Source: Salmonella phage EH4
Sequence record: OR413345.1
DNA: 32,000 bases
Reading direction: 5' to 3' (one strand)
The notes under the pieces were generated by a model. The model saw only the letters and a program-made list of their open reading frames with translations. It did no database searches and was not told where the DNA came from. A program made the translations under genes and the position numbers. Position 1 is the stretch's first letter; every line of letters starts with the position of its first letter. Positions 18,974 to 27,832 of this stretch are shown one piece after another.

Positions 18974-20383
18974 TTAGCCACCAGAAGCAGTAACTGTAAT
19001 GCTCTTAGTACCTTCTACACCAGAACCATCTTTAGCTACGGCTTTCACAGTAACTGCACCAGTCTTAGAAGCATCAGCGGTCAGTAAACCAGAAGTTGCA
19101 TCAATAGTAGCAGCAGTACCGGAGGAAATAGACCAAGTTACTTCCTTATTAGTAGCTTCAGCAGGCAAAACATCTACAGTCATCTGAAGAGTTGCACTAT
19201 TATCAACGGAAGCTGCATCACCCGCGGATTTAACAGTAATACCTGTTACCTTAACCGGAGCTGCTTTACCACCGTCACCAGTTGCAATCAGATTTGCAAT
19301 AGTAGTTTTGGTGTACTTATTAGAGAAACCAAGATAACCTTCATCACCAGTATCCAGATCAGTAGGAATTGCTTTGAACTCTACAGAAGTACCAAGTACA
19401 TCGTCAGTCTCAATAGTTGGGATGTTAACGTGAGCTTGCTTAGCAACTAGAACAGCGGCTGGGCGCTCATCATCATATTCACCGCCAAGTACTAGAGCGA
19501 TTTCGAAACGGTTAACTACCTTCAGGGTCTTAATCAGATCTTTATACAGATCCATAGAACCTAGAGCTTTATCGTTAAGATAAGCGGTCAGAGAACCAGT
19601 TAATTCGAATGCACCAGTAAATGAACCGATTGGGATGTTAACACGGGACATGACGTTAGGAGTCAGATATGTGATGTTGTTGTTAATTGTAAAGCTACCA
19701 CCAGTGATCGGAATGTCATATGCCTTACCAGTATCCATATCCTTAATTTTGAGGATAGTCAGTTTGTTCTTGATGTAAGAACCCTGGATAGTCATGTAAG
19801 TTTCATCATCAATACCCACAGTATCAGGATCAAAGGGAGCAGCGTCCAGAGGGATCAGCTGGTTACCATTACCTGACCAAGTTACACGACCGATATCTTC
19901 GATATCAACGTTTACTTCAGCCTGGTTGATCTGACAGGAATCGATGTAGCTCCATGCTTTATCAGTAAGGATGTAAATATGTAGCATTGCCAGCTCGTGG
20001 TATGCGTTATCCTTAAAGTTAACCATGAAGTTAGTTTCGTTAGTGTGAGCACCTGTATCACCATCTAGGTTGATAGGCTTACCACTAGAAAGAGCATGCC
20101 ACAGCATGTAGTCCGGAACGATCTGCTTACTAGTAGTCTTATCTAAGTAAGGCAGGATGTAAGTAGAGAAACTCCACTCAGCTGCGTTCAGGGAGTCGTT
20201 GAAACGTTTTGAACCACGAGTTGGACGCGGACCAGCTTCGTTAACAGTAATATCGGTTGAGTTACTGTCCTGACCCCAAGAAATATCATCTTGAACTAGA
20301 ATCTCTTGCGTGTTGGTCTTATCGTGACCAGTCTTAACCGTAGACACGAAGATTCGAGTATTACGTAATAGTTGTAAAGACAT
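18974..20383 (-). CDS. Major tail tube protein, pb6-like, with C-terminal bacterial Ig-like (Big_2-type) domain
   Basis: 469 aa. The C-terminus 'VTGITVKSAGDAASVDNSATLQMTVDVLPAEATNKEVTWSISSGTAATIDATSGLLTADASKTGAVTVKAVAKDGSGVEGTKSITV' is a textbook Big_2 repeat. Confidence 0.92.
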   Translation of the reverse strand: MSLQLLRNTRIFVSTVKTGHDKTNTQEILVQDDISWGQDSNSTDITVNEAGPRPTRGSKRFNDSLNAAEWSFSTYILPYLDKTTSKQIVPDYMLWHALSSGKPINLDGDTGAHTNETNFMVNFKDNAYHELAMLHIYILTDKAWSYIDSCQINQAEVNVDIEDIGRVTWSGNGNQLIPLDAAPFDPDTVGIDDETYMTIQGSYIKNKLTILKIKDMDTGKAYDIPITGGSFTINNNITYLTPNVMSRVNIPIGSFTGAFELTGSLTAYLNDKALGSMDLYKDLIKTLKVVNRFEIALVLGGEYDDERPAAVLVAKQAHVNIPTIETDDVLGTSVEFKAIPTDLDTGDEGYLGFSNKYTKTTIANLIATGDGGKAAPVKVTGITVKSAGDAASVDNSATLQMTVDVLPAEATNKEVTWSISSGTAATIDATSGLLTADASKTGAVTVKAVAKDGSGVEGTKSITVTASGG

Positions 20384-20409
20384 TTATTTATATTCTCCTA
20401 ATCTGTAAC

Positions 20410-20895
20410 TTATCTGCGAAGTGCCCTACGAGGTGGCTGATACCTCACTGTTACATTTATTTCCGCTAAACCATATGGGGCCAGTAGACCCTCATCTGTA
20501 GCTACTGAGGTGATGCTCATATCAGTTGCCTCACATGGGAAGGTCGATCCATTAGGTTTACTAACAGTATATTCTAAATTTCCACCTGTGTCAATGACGG
20601 TTTTTATGTCAGCTACGAGTTTTTCAAGTTGCTCTTGAATATCTGTTTTCTCTTTGTCATACACGAGGATTGGAAGTTCTAAAAACATCCACTGTTGGCC
20701 TGAGGGAAGATACTGCCCAGTTTCAGTTCCGATATGGACTGCCACATAAGGAAATTCTCGGATTTCCTCGAATTTATAAGTTTGACGAGAAACGTTTCCA
20801 TAAAGGTTATTGAAATACTCGTCAGGTTGTGAACCATCCATTTGTGTGGCGATTCGGTCAACCACTGCTTGTGCAATACTTGTTCTGTGATCCAT
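20410..20895 (-). CDS. Tail terminator protein (T5 p142-like)
   Basis: 161 aa. Same size and synteny as T5 p142. Confidence 0.82.
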   Translation of the reverse strand: MDHRTSIAQAVVDRIATQMDGSQPDEYFNNLYGNVSRQTYKFEEIREFPYVAVHIGTETGQYLPSGQQWMFLELPILVYDKEKTDIQEQLEKLVADIKTVIDTGGNLEYTVSKPNGSTFPCEATDMSITSVATDEGLLAPYGLAEINVTVRYQPPRRALRR

Positions 20896-20898
20896 TTA

Positions 20899-21666
20899 TT
20901 AGGTTCCTTGATTAACCTTGATTTTATATCTAGAGTGAATCAGGTCTCTTGCAGCTTTTGCGATTGCTTCCCCAATAAGTTTTTGAGGGTTTCGAGCGCC
21001 AGGGTAAGGTCGTAGAGAAAGTCTTCGATATGTAGAAACTGCGGGGTTGAACACAGAGTAAGGACGAACCATATAGTTATACGTCACATTCAGCTCTGGA
21101 GCACCTTTACTAGTTTCTGCATCACGTAACATAACATCTTTAATCTTTAAGGAGTTAGCAAAGCGACCAGTTCTGAACTTCAATGGTGCCCCTGCTTTTT
21201 TCATATCCTTGATTAAATATTCCTTAGCTACTATCTCAAGAATAGCACGCATGTTACTATTTGATACGAAACGACCGGAAGCACCTGTTACTGCACCTGA
21301 ATAGCCATCTTCAGTATCTCTAGGATCTCCAAAGTTTACCTGAACTCTACCGGTAGAACGTTTTTTACCAACAGCAGAACGTTTACCAGCGGTTGCTTGA
21401 ATTAAATTCTCTAGAGCGCCTAAATCACCAGAAAGATCTAAGTTAGAAGAAACAGCCTTCAGTATAGATGCTGTCCTAACATTTAATAAGTCTTGTGATA
21501 CTGGTTTTGAGAATTTGAAAGATACCTGTGCAACTGTGCCATCTCTTGTAGGATCCTTCAAACCAGTCTCAACTGTATATACAACAGTATTCTTATTATT
21601 CTCAGATCGTCCTGCAGTATCTAGCTGCTCTTTAATAATTTGTCTAGCTAGATCAGAAAGAGCCAT
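20899..21666 (-). CDS. Tail completion protein (T5 p143-like)
   Basis: 255 aa. Same size and synteny as T5 p143. Confidence 0.8.
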   Translation of the reverse strand: MALSDLARQIIKEQLDTAGRSENNKNTVVYTVETGLKDPTRDGTVAQVSFKFSKPVSQDLLNVRTASILKAVSSNLDLSGDLGALENLIQATAGKRSAVGKKRSTGRVQVNFGDPRDTEDGYSGAVTGASGRFVSNSNMRAILEIVAKEYLIKDMKKAGAPLKFRTGRFANSLKIKDVMLRDAETSKGAPELNVTYNYMVRPYSVFNPAVSTYRRLSLRPYPGARNPQKLIGEAIAKAARDLIHSRYKIKVNQGT

Positions 21667-22178
21667 TACACTCTCCTATAGACTTCGATGATTGTACGAA
21701 TATGTTCTGGAATACCAGACTTAGTATTGTTAAACGTAACTGTCTCACCACCAATAGTCTTGGCTTGACGATAATCTTGCTTATGCCAGTGATCTACTAA
21801 CAGACATGCTGCCAGTTTAAGATCTTCAGGCATTGGATTGAAACCACCTTGAGTATACTCTACATCCATATATCCTTCAGGAGGATTAAACTTAAGGAGA
21901 ATAACACCATCAGGATACAGTTTAAACTGTTCCGGATCTATTTCATTCTCGTTAATAGTCATCTTTGTAATAGATGTGGCTGAAGGAGAACTCAGGAAAT
22001 ATTTCCTACGGCTAGGTTTTGTGGTGATTAATTGATCTACCGCATCTGCATCATCCATACCTAGAAGGCTTGTAATCAGCGTATTGGCAGCTTTAATCAT
22101 CATCTCAACCTGAGTTTCCATATCAGGACGTTTTAAATTCCCATATAGTTTATAATCTTCAACAGTGATGATTTGCAT
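21666..22178 (-). CDS. Head completion / head-tail connector protein (T5 p144-like)
   Basis: 170 aa helical adaptor-like protein (MIKAANTLITSLLGMDDADAV...AACLLVDHWHKQDYRQ). Adjacent to the capsid gene. Confidence 0.82.
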   Translation of the reverse strand: MQIITVEDYKLYGNLKRPDMETQVEMMIKAANTLITSLLGMDDADAVDQLITTKPSRRKYFLSSPSATSITKMTINENEIDPEQFKLYPDGVILLKFNPPEGYMDVEYTQGGFNPMPEDLKLAACLLVDHWHKQDYRQAKTIGGETVTFNNTKSGIPEHIRTIIEVYRRV

Positions 22179-22200
22179 TTATTTTTCCCAATAAAAAAGG
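22176..22200 (-). repeat. Copy 2 of the 25-nt exact repeat CCTTTTTTATTGGGAAAAATAAATG (minus strand) ending in the head completion start codon
   Basis: Identical to 17156-17180. Confidence 0.95.
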
Positions 22201-22218
22201 AGAGCCGAAGCTCTCCTT
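22197..22218 (-). terminator. Intrinsic terminator/attenuator downstream of the major capsid gene (UUCG tetraloop)
   Basis: Minus strand AAGGAGAGC-TTCG-GCTCTCCTT followed by TTTT. 9-bp stem, 20 nt after the capsid stop. Confidence 0.9.
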
Positions 22219-22237
22219 ATCGGCTGAAAAGCCTGTA

Positions 22238-23614
22238 TTAAGATGCAGCGTACGCACCAGATACAACGCCGTTTTCGAAGTAACGTTGCAGGTTAACACG
22301 CTGAGTAACGTAGTATGCGTCACGCTGTTTGCCAGCTTGGCGCTCACGTTCAACAGTAACAGCACGCTGACGCGGCATTACGAAGTTATCTTTATAAACA
22401 ATAACTGCGAATTCTGCAGAAGCAGCCTTAGCTGGGAAGTACTCAGAAACTACAACTGGCAGACCGTAAATACGACCAACCTGACCCTGCAGTTTAACAG
22501 CATCGTTACCAACCTGGGCAACATCCTGCCATTCTTCATCTTCCAGCAGATCGTAGTAAGCATCCATAGATACGATCAGTACCAGTTTGCTCAGTTTCAG
22601 ACCATGACGGCCCAGTTTACGACGTAGCTTGGAGATAGTCTTAGCAGTTACCAGAACAGAACCGTCAGCTTTAGCTTCGGTAACAACCTTAGCACCATCA
22701 TCAGCAGCCAGTTTCAGCAGACCCTTAGGCTGACCAGTACCATTACCGGACATGAAAGCTTCTTCGATAGAAACAGCGTGTGCTTCGATCAGACGCTTAC
22801 GCAGCAGAGGCAGCAGGGAGAAGATTGCATCTTCTTCAGTTTCATCAGTGATGAAGGACTTAGCAGCCAGCTTGTAAGTTTTGAAGCTAATTTCAGTCAG
22901 TTGACCTTTAACTTCGTCACCAACAGTTTCGTCAGTACCGAATTTGGAAGCATCTACCCAAGTAGCACGACCAGCTTCTGGTTCAACGAGCATAGTAAGG
23001 ATTTTGCTGGACATTGGCAGTTCATCGAACAGTGCACCAACTACCAGTTCCTTCTGCAGGTCACGGATAATACGGGTAGAGAAGATAGTTTCGTATGCTT
23101 CGCTAGACATGGAAACGGAAGAAGAACCGTTAACAGCTTTAACGTGAGCCTTACCATGTTCAGTTTCGAATACGTCCTTCTCCATCATATAAGACAGAAG
23201 AACCAGTTTCTCAACTTCATCTTCGAAAGCATCCTGAGTGCCATAAAGAGCTTTAGCTACGCTATCACCAACGAAAGAACGACCTTCACGAGCTGCCAAC
23301 AGAGACTTAATTTCGTCCTGAAGACCAACGATAGTTTCCTGTTGCTTTTCTACAGTCTGTGCAAACAGTTCTGCGCTCTTCTTAGACTTCTCGTCCAGGT
23401 TCTTAACTAGATCCAGAGCTTCTTCCAGACGCTTACGGTCTTCACCAACAGCTTTAGATACTAGGTCGTTCATACGAGCCATTTCTTTTTCTTCCTGCTC
23501 TTCACGCAGACGCTTAGCTTCCGCAGCTTTCTGAGCAGCAGTCAGACCTTCCAGAGATTTAGCCAGATCACCCAGACCAAGTTCTTCCTTCAGCTTATTA
23601 ATATCAATAGTCAT
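22238..23614 (-). CDS. Major capsid protein, pb8-like (HK97 fold with N-terminal scaffolding/delta domain)
   Basis: 458 aa. Near-verbatim resemblance to remembered T5 pb8 (MTIDINKLKEELGLGDLAKSLEGLTAAQKA...; TISKLRRKLGRHGLKLSKLVLIVSMDAYYDLLEDEEWQDVAQVGND). Confidence 0.97.
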   Translation of the reverse strand: MTIDINKLKEELGLGDLAKSLEGLTAAQKAAEAKRLREEQEEKEMARMNDLVSKAVGEDRKRLEEALDLVKNLDEKSKKSAELFAQTVEKQQETIVGLQDEIKSLLAAREGRSFVGDSVAKALYGTQDAFEDEVEKLVLLSYMMEKDVFETEHGKAHVKAVNGSSSVSMSSEAYETIFSTRIIRDLQKELVVGALFDELPMSSKILTMLVEPEAGRATWVDASKFGTDETVGDEVKGQLTEISFKTYKLAAKSFITDETEEDAIFSLLPLLRKRLIEAHAVSIEEAFMSGNGTGQPKGLLKLAADDGAKVVTEAKADGSVLVTAKTISKLRRKLGRHGLKLSKLVLIVSMDAYYDLLEDEEWQDVAQVGNDAVKLQGQVGRIYGLPVVVSEYFPAKAASAEFAVIVYKDNFVMPRQRAVTVERERQAGKQRDAYYVTQRVNLQRYFENGVVSGAYAAS

Positions 23615-23631
23615 TTTTAAATAATTCTCCG

Positions 23632-24264
23632 TTATTCTTTAACGTAGCCTAAAGCTATCGCAAGTTTTTCTAGTTCAGAAAGATTACGTTCTTGAGCTGG
23701 GACAGCCTTAGAACTTGTTGCAGTAAAAGATTTGCGCCATTCAGTGTAATCGTGACCATTCATACTCTTAGCGAGGTTGAACGTTGAATCCTGATTACAA
23801 GGTACAGAAACTACCGAAACTTCGTATAGTTCTAAATCTTTAATAATAAATATGTCAGTAGCTTCATCCCATTCTGCGTCTAGGCAGCGGAATCCGATAC
23901 TGAAGGTTTTCAGTACACCGTTTTTAATTAGTGAGAAGATAGCTGGATCAGAACTTTCATAGATCTCGCATTCAATTTCGAGACCCATTTCAGTAGGATT
24001 AAGATCAATACACTTGCCGATTGGACGACGATGGTCGTGGCCGAAAAGAATAATCGGGTTTTTCATGTAGTTAGCAAGTGCATTAGACGTTTTCCATGCC
24101 GAAGCAGGAATTACGTCACCAGCGCGATCTTTACTAATTGTATTAGCGAATCCACGGATTTTTACAACACCCTCTTTGGATTCGCTATCAATAGACTTAA
24201 TGTAAGCGTCTAAATGAACCGGTGCTGATTTTAACTTGTTATAGTCAATAGCAGCATTTGTCAT
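23632..24264 (-). CDS. Prohead maturation protease (HK97-family, S78/U35-like)
   Basis: 210 aa: 'GVVKIRGFANTISKDRAGDVIPASAW...NPIILFGHDHRRPIGKC...KTFSIGFRC...ELYEVSVVSVPCNQD', with the conserved H and S motifs. Confidence 0.95.
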   Translation of the reverse strand: MTNAAIDYNKLKSAPVHLDAYIKSIDSESKEGVVKIRGFANTISKDRAGDVIPASAWKTSNALANYMKNPIILFGHDHRRPIGKCIDLNPTEMGLEIECEIYESSDPAIFSLIKNGVLKTFSIGFRCLDAEWDEATDIFIIKDLELYEVSVVSVPCNQDSTFNLAKSMNGHDYTEWRKSFTATSSKAVPAQERNLSELEKLAIALGYVKE

Positions 24265-24267
24265 TTA

Positions 24268-24750
24268 TTAAGCCTCCGGCGCAGGATTGATAGTTGTTAC
24301 GCACTCGTTAGAAGTAATAGAAGTAGATTTACTATCCGTTACAACAACTTTGTAAGTACCAGCATCTTCTGCAGCAGCTGTAGCTTTGTTGAAATTAGGG
24401 CCAGTAACACCACTTAGTGGAGAACCGTCTTTAGTCCAAGCATAAGTATATGGTGCAGTACCACCAGTAACTGTTACGCCCAGATTAATTACTGCACCAG
24501 TATCAACAGCTAGAGTTTTAGCCAGATTCTTTGTGAAAGCTAGAGCCGGAACAACCGGAGCAGTAACTTCGTATGCTTCTTTGAACTTATTCCAAACCTT
24601 TCGGTTGGTATGTGCAGTGGTCATTCCAAACTCTTTACGTAGAGTAGCGTAGTTTGGAACGAACTTGTGTGCTGCAACCGTAGCAAAGAAGATATGAGAT
24701 TCTGGCAGCTTTTCACCAAAAATGGCCTTTAGACCATCATAATCAATCAT
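24268..24750 (-). CDS. Capsid decoration protein, pb10-like, with C-terminal Ig-like (PKD/Ig) domain
   Basis: 160 aa. The N-terminal 'FFATVAAHKFVPNYATLRKEFGMTTAHTNRKVWNKF' resembles the T5 pb10 capsid-binding domain, followed by Pro-rich linker and 'GGTAPYTYAWTKDGSPLSGVTGPNFNKATAAAEDAGTYKVVVTDS'. Confidence 0.92.
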   Translation of the reverse strand: MIDYDGLKAIFGEKLPESHIFFATVAAHKFVPNYATLRKEFGMTTAHTNRKVWNKFKEAYEVTAPVVPALAFTKNLAKTLAVDTGAVINLGVTVTGGTAPYTYAWTKDGSPLSGVTGPNFNKATAAAEDAGTYKVVVTDSKSTSITSNECVTTINPAPEA

Positions 24751-25964
24751 TCTTTATCCCCATCGGCAGTGCCTTGCGGTCTACCACCTTCTTGACCAGA
24801 TACACCTGTTGCAGAACCAGCAACGTTAGCAGGAATACGAATCTTATTCATCTGCTCATCATCTAAAGGTTCAAGGTTAAGCTCTTCACGAGCTTCGTTA
24901 CCAGTCATGATACCGTTATTAACCAAAGAGGTTAAATGTTTAGCCTCAGCTTCTTTATCTGGCGTCAGTGCAGCTACTTCCTTAGTATTAGGAGTAACCT
25001 TGTAGCCAAAGAAGAAAGCAAGAGAACTAGTCAGCTTGTTCAGCATAGGAATGATAGTCATGTAATAGAACAATTCGATGTTTGGTCGAATGTTAGCATT
25101 ATTACCACCATCAAGTAGCACTTGCGGAACACCAAAGGCAAGACAGATGGATTTATTAAATCCTTCGATATCTTCCTTGAAGTCTAGATCTTTAAAAGAG
25201 GATATTTGGGAGTACGGTTTTGCTTTCATACCACCATCTAGAATCAGGACAGTAGACTGACCCGTACTAGGATTATAATCGAGTTGTAATTCTTCTTGTT
25301 TACGCTCACGCAATTTCTTGTTCAGGATTTCATCCGTCTCAAGAATAAGACCAATCACTGTGCCGTTATCGAGGAACTTCTCTTTAAAGTTAAGCATCTT
25401 AGAACGCTTCTCAAGAGAGTCAATAACTGTAGCAACACGAGATTGTCCAGAAATTTGGGAGTTTGTGCCACACACGTAACTGTTATCCTTTATAAAGATA
25501 ATCTCATCTACGCGATAGTCTATCTGGTTATTAAATATGAATTTTTTGATAAACTTATTGGCATCTGCCTCTACTTGCATTAGTGCAGCAGGGACATGAT
25601 AAAGTGCTGTGCCATCCCAATAGATGTATGCACAACCCTCAAAAAGTAGGTCAGTGACTACAAGTCTACGGAATGTGCTTATATCCATGAATGGATTAGG
25701 TCGTATATTTAAGAGAGTGTCTAGAGTCTTTGCCTTGACGCCATTAGCGTACGTGACAATATTATATTTATCTCCGACAGTATAAGAACACTCCGCCGCA
25801 CTATCGATAACCATGTTAGCAGTTCGGTTGAGAATCTCAATCTTACTGTAGGCTTGTCCAGTGGTAAATGGCTTACGGTTAGTGCGATGACTAACGGGTT
25901 CCATGTCTCTTATAATACGTTGACCCGGATTTAGCTTTTCAGTAATCCAGCTTTTTAAACCCAT
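24747..25964 (-). CDS. Portal protein, pb7-like (HK97-type)
   Basis: 405 aa with portal motifs 'LLNIRPNPFMDISTFRRLVVTDLLFEGCAYIYWDG', 'GFNKSICLAFGVPQVLLDGGNNANIRPNIELFYYMTI', 'GIMTGNEAREELNLEPL'. Confidence 0.95.
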   Translation of the reverse strand: MGLKSWITEKLNPGQRIIRDMEPVSHRTNRKPFTTGQAYSKIEILNRTANMVIDSAAECSYTVGDKYNIVTYANGVKAKTLDTLLNIRPNPFMDISTFRRLVVTDLLFEGCAYIYWDGTALYHVPAALMQVEADANKFIKKFIFNNQIDYRVDEIIFIKDNSYVCGTNSQISGQSRVATVIDSLEKRSKMLNFKEKFLDNGTVIGLILETDEILNKKLRERKQEELQLDYNPSTGQSTVLILDGGMKAKPYSQISSFKDLDFKEDIEGFNKSICLAFGVPQVLLDGGNNANIRPNIELFYYMTIIPMLNKLTSSLAFFFGYKVTPNTKEVAALTPDKEAEAKHLTSLVNNGIMTGNEAREELNLEPLDDEQMNKIRIPANVAGSATGVSGQEGGRPQGTADGDKE

Positions 25965-26401
25965 TATAAGAACCTTGCGAATCCTGATTTAGTTTCAGTC
26001 TTGACTTGTGTCTTTTCTTGAGGATTCTGTAGCTTTTCCTTTTGTTTAAGAACCCATGCCTTCTGCTTATTAGCAGAGAAAAGGGGAGGTTCTTTAGTGT
26101 ACACCTTATGTAATAGTTGGTGATGGTGGACACAAAGGGTAACAGTGTCATCTACTAGCTCATGCCTATATCTTTCATAGAATGCCGTCCTATTTGAGAG
26201 GACTGTTTCTTCGTCAGTGAAATCCAATTGGAGTTCTTTAGCAAATTTTTTAACTAGTAGAGACACTGTATGGTAATGATGAAGCTCTAATTCTTCACCA
26301 CAACCACAGATTTCGCAGCGATCGGCTTTTTTATATTGACTTTTTATACCGTCTCGCATGAGTGATATAGCATCACGTTTATATTTTACATTTCCTGCCA
26401 C
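25964..26401 (-). CDS. HNH-type endonuclease-like protein located between portal and large terminase genes (likely GTG start, about 145 aa)
   Basis: Motifs 'CEICGCGEELELHHYHTVSLL...VTLCVHHHQLLH'. The track start at 26488 lies upstream of an apparent promoter. GTG at 26401..26399 is preceded by GAGGAG (26413..26408) with 6-nt spacing. Confidence 0.8.
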   Translation of the reverse strand: MAGNVKYKRDAISLMRDGIKSQYKKADRCEICGCGEELELHHYHTVSLLVKKFAKELQLDFTDEETVLSNRTAFYERYRHELVDDTVTLCVHHHQLLHKVYTKEPPLFSANKQKAWVLKQKEKLQNPQEKTQVKTETKSGFARFL

Positions 26402-26427
26402 AGTATTCTCCTCAACTGTATGAATAT

Positions 26428-26456
26428 AGTATACATAATCATGTCGAATTTGTAAA
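26428..26456 (-). promoter_or_regulatory. Near-consensus sigma70 promoter upstream of HNH-portal-decoration-protease-capsid genes
   Basis: Minus strand TTTACA (26456..26451), 17-nt spacer, TATACT (26433..26428), followed by SD and GTG. Confidence 0.7.
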
Positions 26457-26476
26457 GGGGATTTTAAAATGCAGGA

Positions 26477-26504
26477 ATGGGATACCAACTGAGTAGTATC
26501 CCAT
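26477..26504 (-). terminator. Possible terminator or regulatory hairpin after the large terminase gene
   Basis: 9-bp inverted repeat ATGGGATAC / GTATCCCAT with 10-nt loop. The U-tract is not immediately adjacent (minus strand continues TCCTGCATTTT). Confidence 0.4.
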
Positions 26505-26515
26505 CCTATACTTAT

Positions 26516-27832
26516 TTATTTCCCACGGGAAATTGAGTAAATTCCATAACGCAGTGCGTCACAAAGGTGAGAGTTTGCATCATGACGTGGTTTTTCACGT
26601 GATAATTTCTCTTCGCCTTCCTGGAAGTCCCACTTGTAGTTCGCTAGGGCGTGGATCAATGAGGTACATGAAGCATCTACGATGATCTTACCTTGCTGGA
26701 ACAGTGCTTGCAGGCATGCCAAACCATCTAGGACAGATTTCTTAGCAGGAGCAGAAGCGATTTCATGTTCATATGCTAAGTCCTGACGGAACTGAGCAGC
26801 AGCGGAGTCTACAAATATACGATCAACATTATAACGATCTATGCAGTGTTGGATATAAGCAGCATGTTGGGCTGTAGTCTTTTCAGCCTGCTGATACTCT
26901 TCCAGTACGTAATAAACATCAGTATCGTAGTGATACTTAATTGTAAGAACTGCTGTAGGATCACGGTAACCAACGTCAATACCGAGTAATGTTTCGAATG
27001 CTTCATCATCTTTAAAGAAGTGACGCATACCCTTGAGGTCTTTAACATGCTCGATAGCATTGAAGGTATCAAAGATCTGACCTTCGAATACGGAGAAGTC
27101 AGCCTCATATTCTTGACGGAAATAGTTTTTACTAACAGTACGACGCGCTTCTTCGATATCGTTCAGGTCAGCACGTGGGTTATCACGATATGTACCATGA
27201 ATAGATACCCAGTTAGGTAGCGTTTCGTTAAATCCTTTCTCATAGAACTCTTTGAACCAGTTACCACCACGAGGTGTAGAGATAAATAGAGCCTTAGAGT
27301 TTGGCTTATCTAGAGTAGGACGTAACTGAATATCGAAAGCTGCACCACCAACGTCGGAAATCGCTGCTTCGTCAAAAATGATGAAGTCATACGAACGACC
27401 AACTGCGGAGTCAGCCTGCGCCGCAGAAGCCAGCTTAAAGAGAGAACCATTCGCTAGTTCAATCTCCTTATCTTTGGCGTTCTCACGTTCAGTCTGTAGC
27501 CCATATTTCTTAATAAGACCACGAATCTGAGACCAACCGATGTTAGCCAGTGAGTAGTTAGGTGCAACTACTAGCACCTTCACATTAGGCTCCAGAAGCT
27601 TCAGGAACCCAAGTGTATATGCGATGAATGACTTACCTACACGACGTGATACACATGCGGTCACGAAACGGTGTCTTGGGTCTTCCAACGCATTAATAAT
27701 TGCAATTTGAGGGGCATTAGGTGTAATTCCCTCTTGTGCTAGGATGCTAGAGACTGGTAGACGAAAGAATCGTTTGTCAATACCAAAGTCAATAACATCT
27801 GTGGTGTTAATATAGTCTCTAGAGACTTTCAT
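26516..27832 (-). CDS. terL: Terminase large subunit
   Basis: 438 aa with ATPase motifs 'RFVTACVSRRVGKSFIAY' (Walker A-like), 'YDFIIFDEAAI' (Walker B), 'LFISTPRGG' and nuclease domain 'ETLLGIDVGYRDPTAVLTI', 'DRIFVDSAAAQF', 'SHLCDALRYGIY'. Confidence 0.97.
   Translation of the reverse strand: MKVSRDYINTTDVIDFGIDKRFFRLPVSSILAQEGITPNAPQIAIINALEDPRHRFVTACVSRRVGKSFIAYTLGFLKLLEPNVKVLVVAPNYSLANIGWSQIRGLIKKYGLQTERENAKDKEIELANGSLFKLASAAQADSAVGRSYDFIIFDEAAISDVGGAAFDIQLRPTLDKPNSKALFISTPRGGNWFKEFYEKGFNETLPNWVSIHGTYRDNPRADLNDIEEARRTVSKNYFRQEYEADFSVFEGQIFDTFNAIEHVKDLKGMRHFFKDDEAFETLLGIDVGYRDPTAVLTIKYHYDTDVYYVLEEYQQAEKTTAQHAAYIQHCIDRYNVDRIFVDSAAAQFRQDLAYEHEIASAPAKKSVLDGLACLQALFQQGKIIVDASCTSLIHALANYKWDFQEGEEKLSREKPRHDANSHLCDALRYGIYSISRGK

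Noticed and set aside
22778-23410. 210-aa ORF on the + strand opposite the capsid gene (also 22286..22627 and 22944..23147)
   Set aside because: Antisense to an unmistakable HK97-fold capsid gene, low-complexity composition with no recognisable fold. Best explained by codon bias of the real gene.
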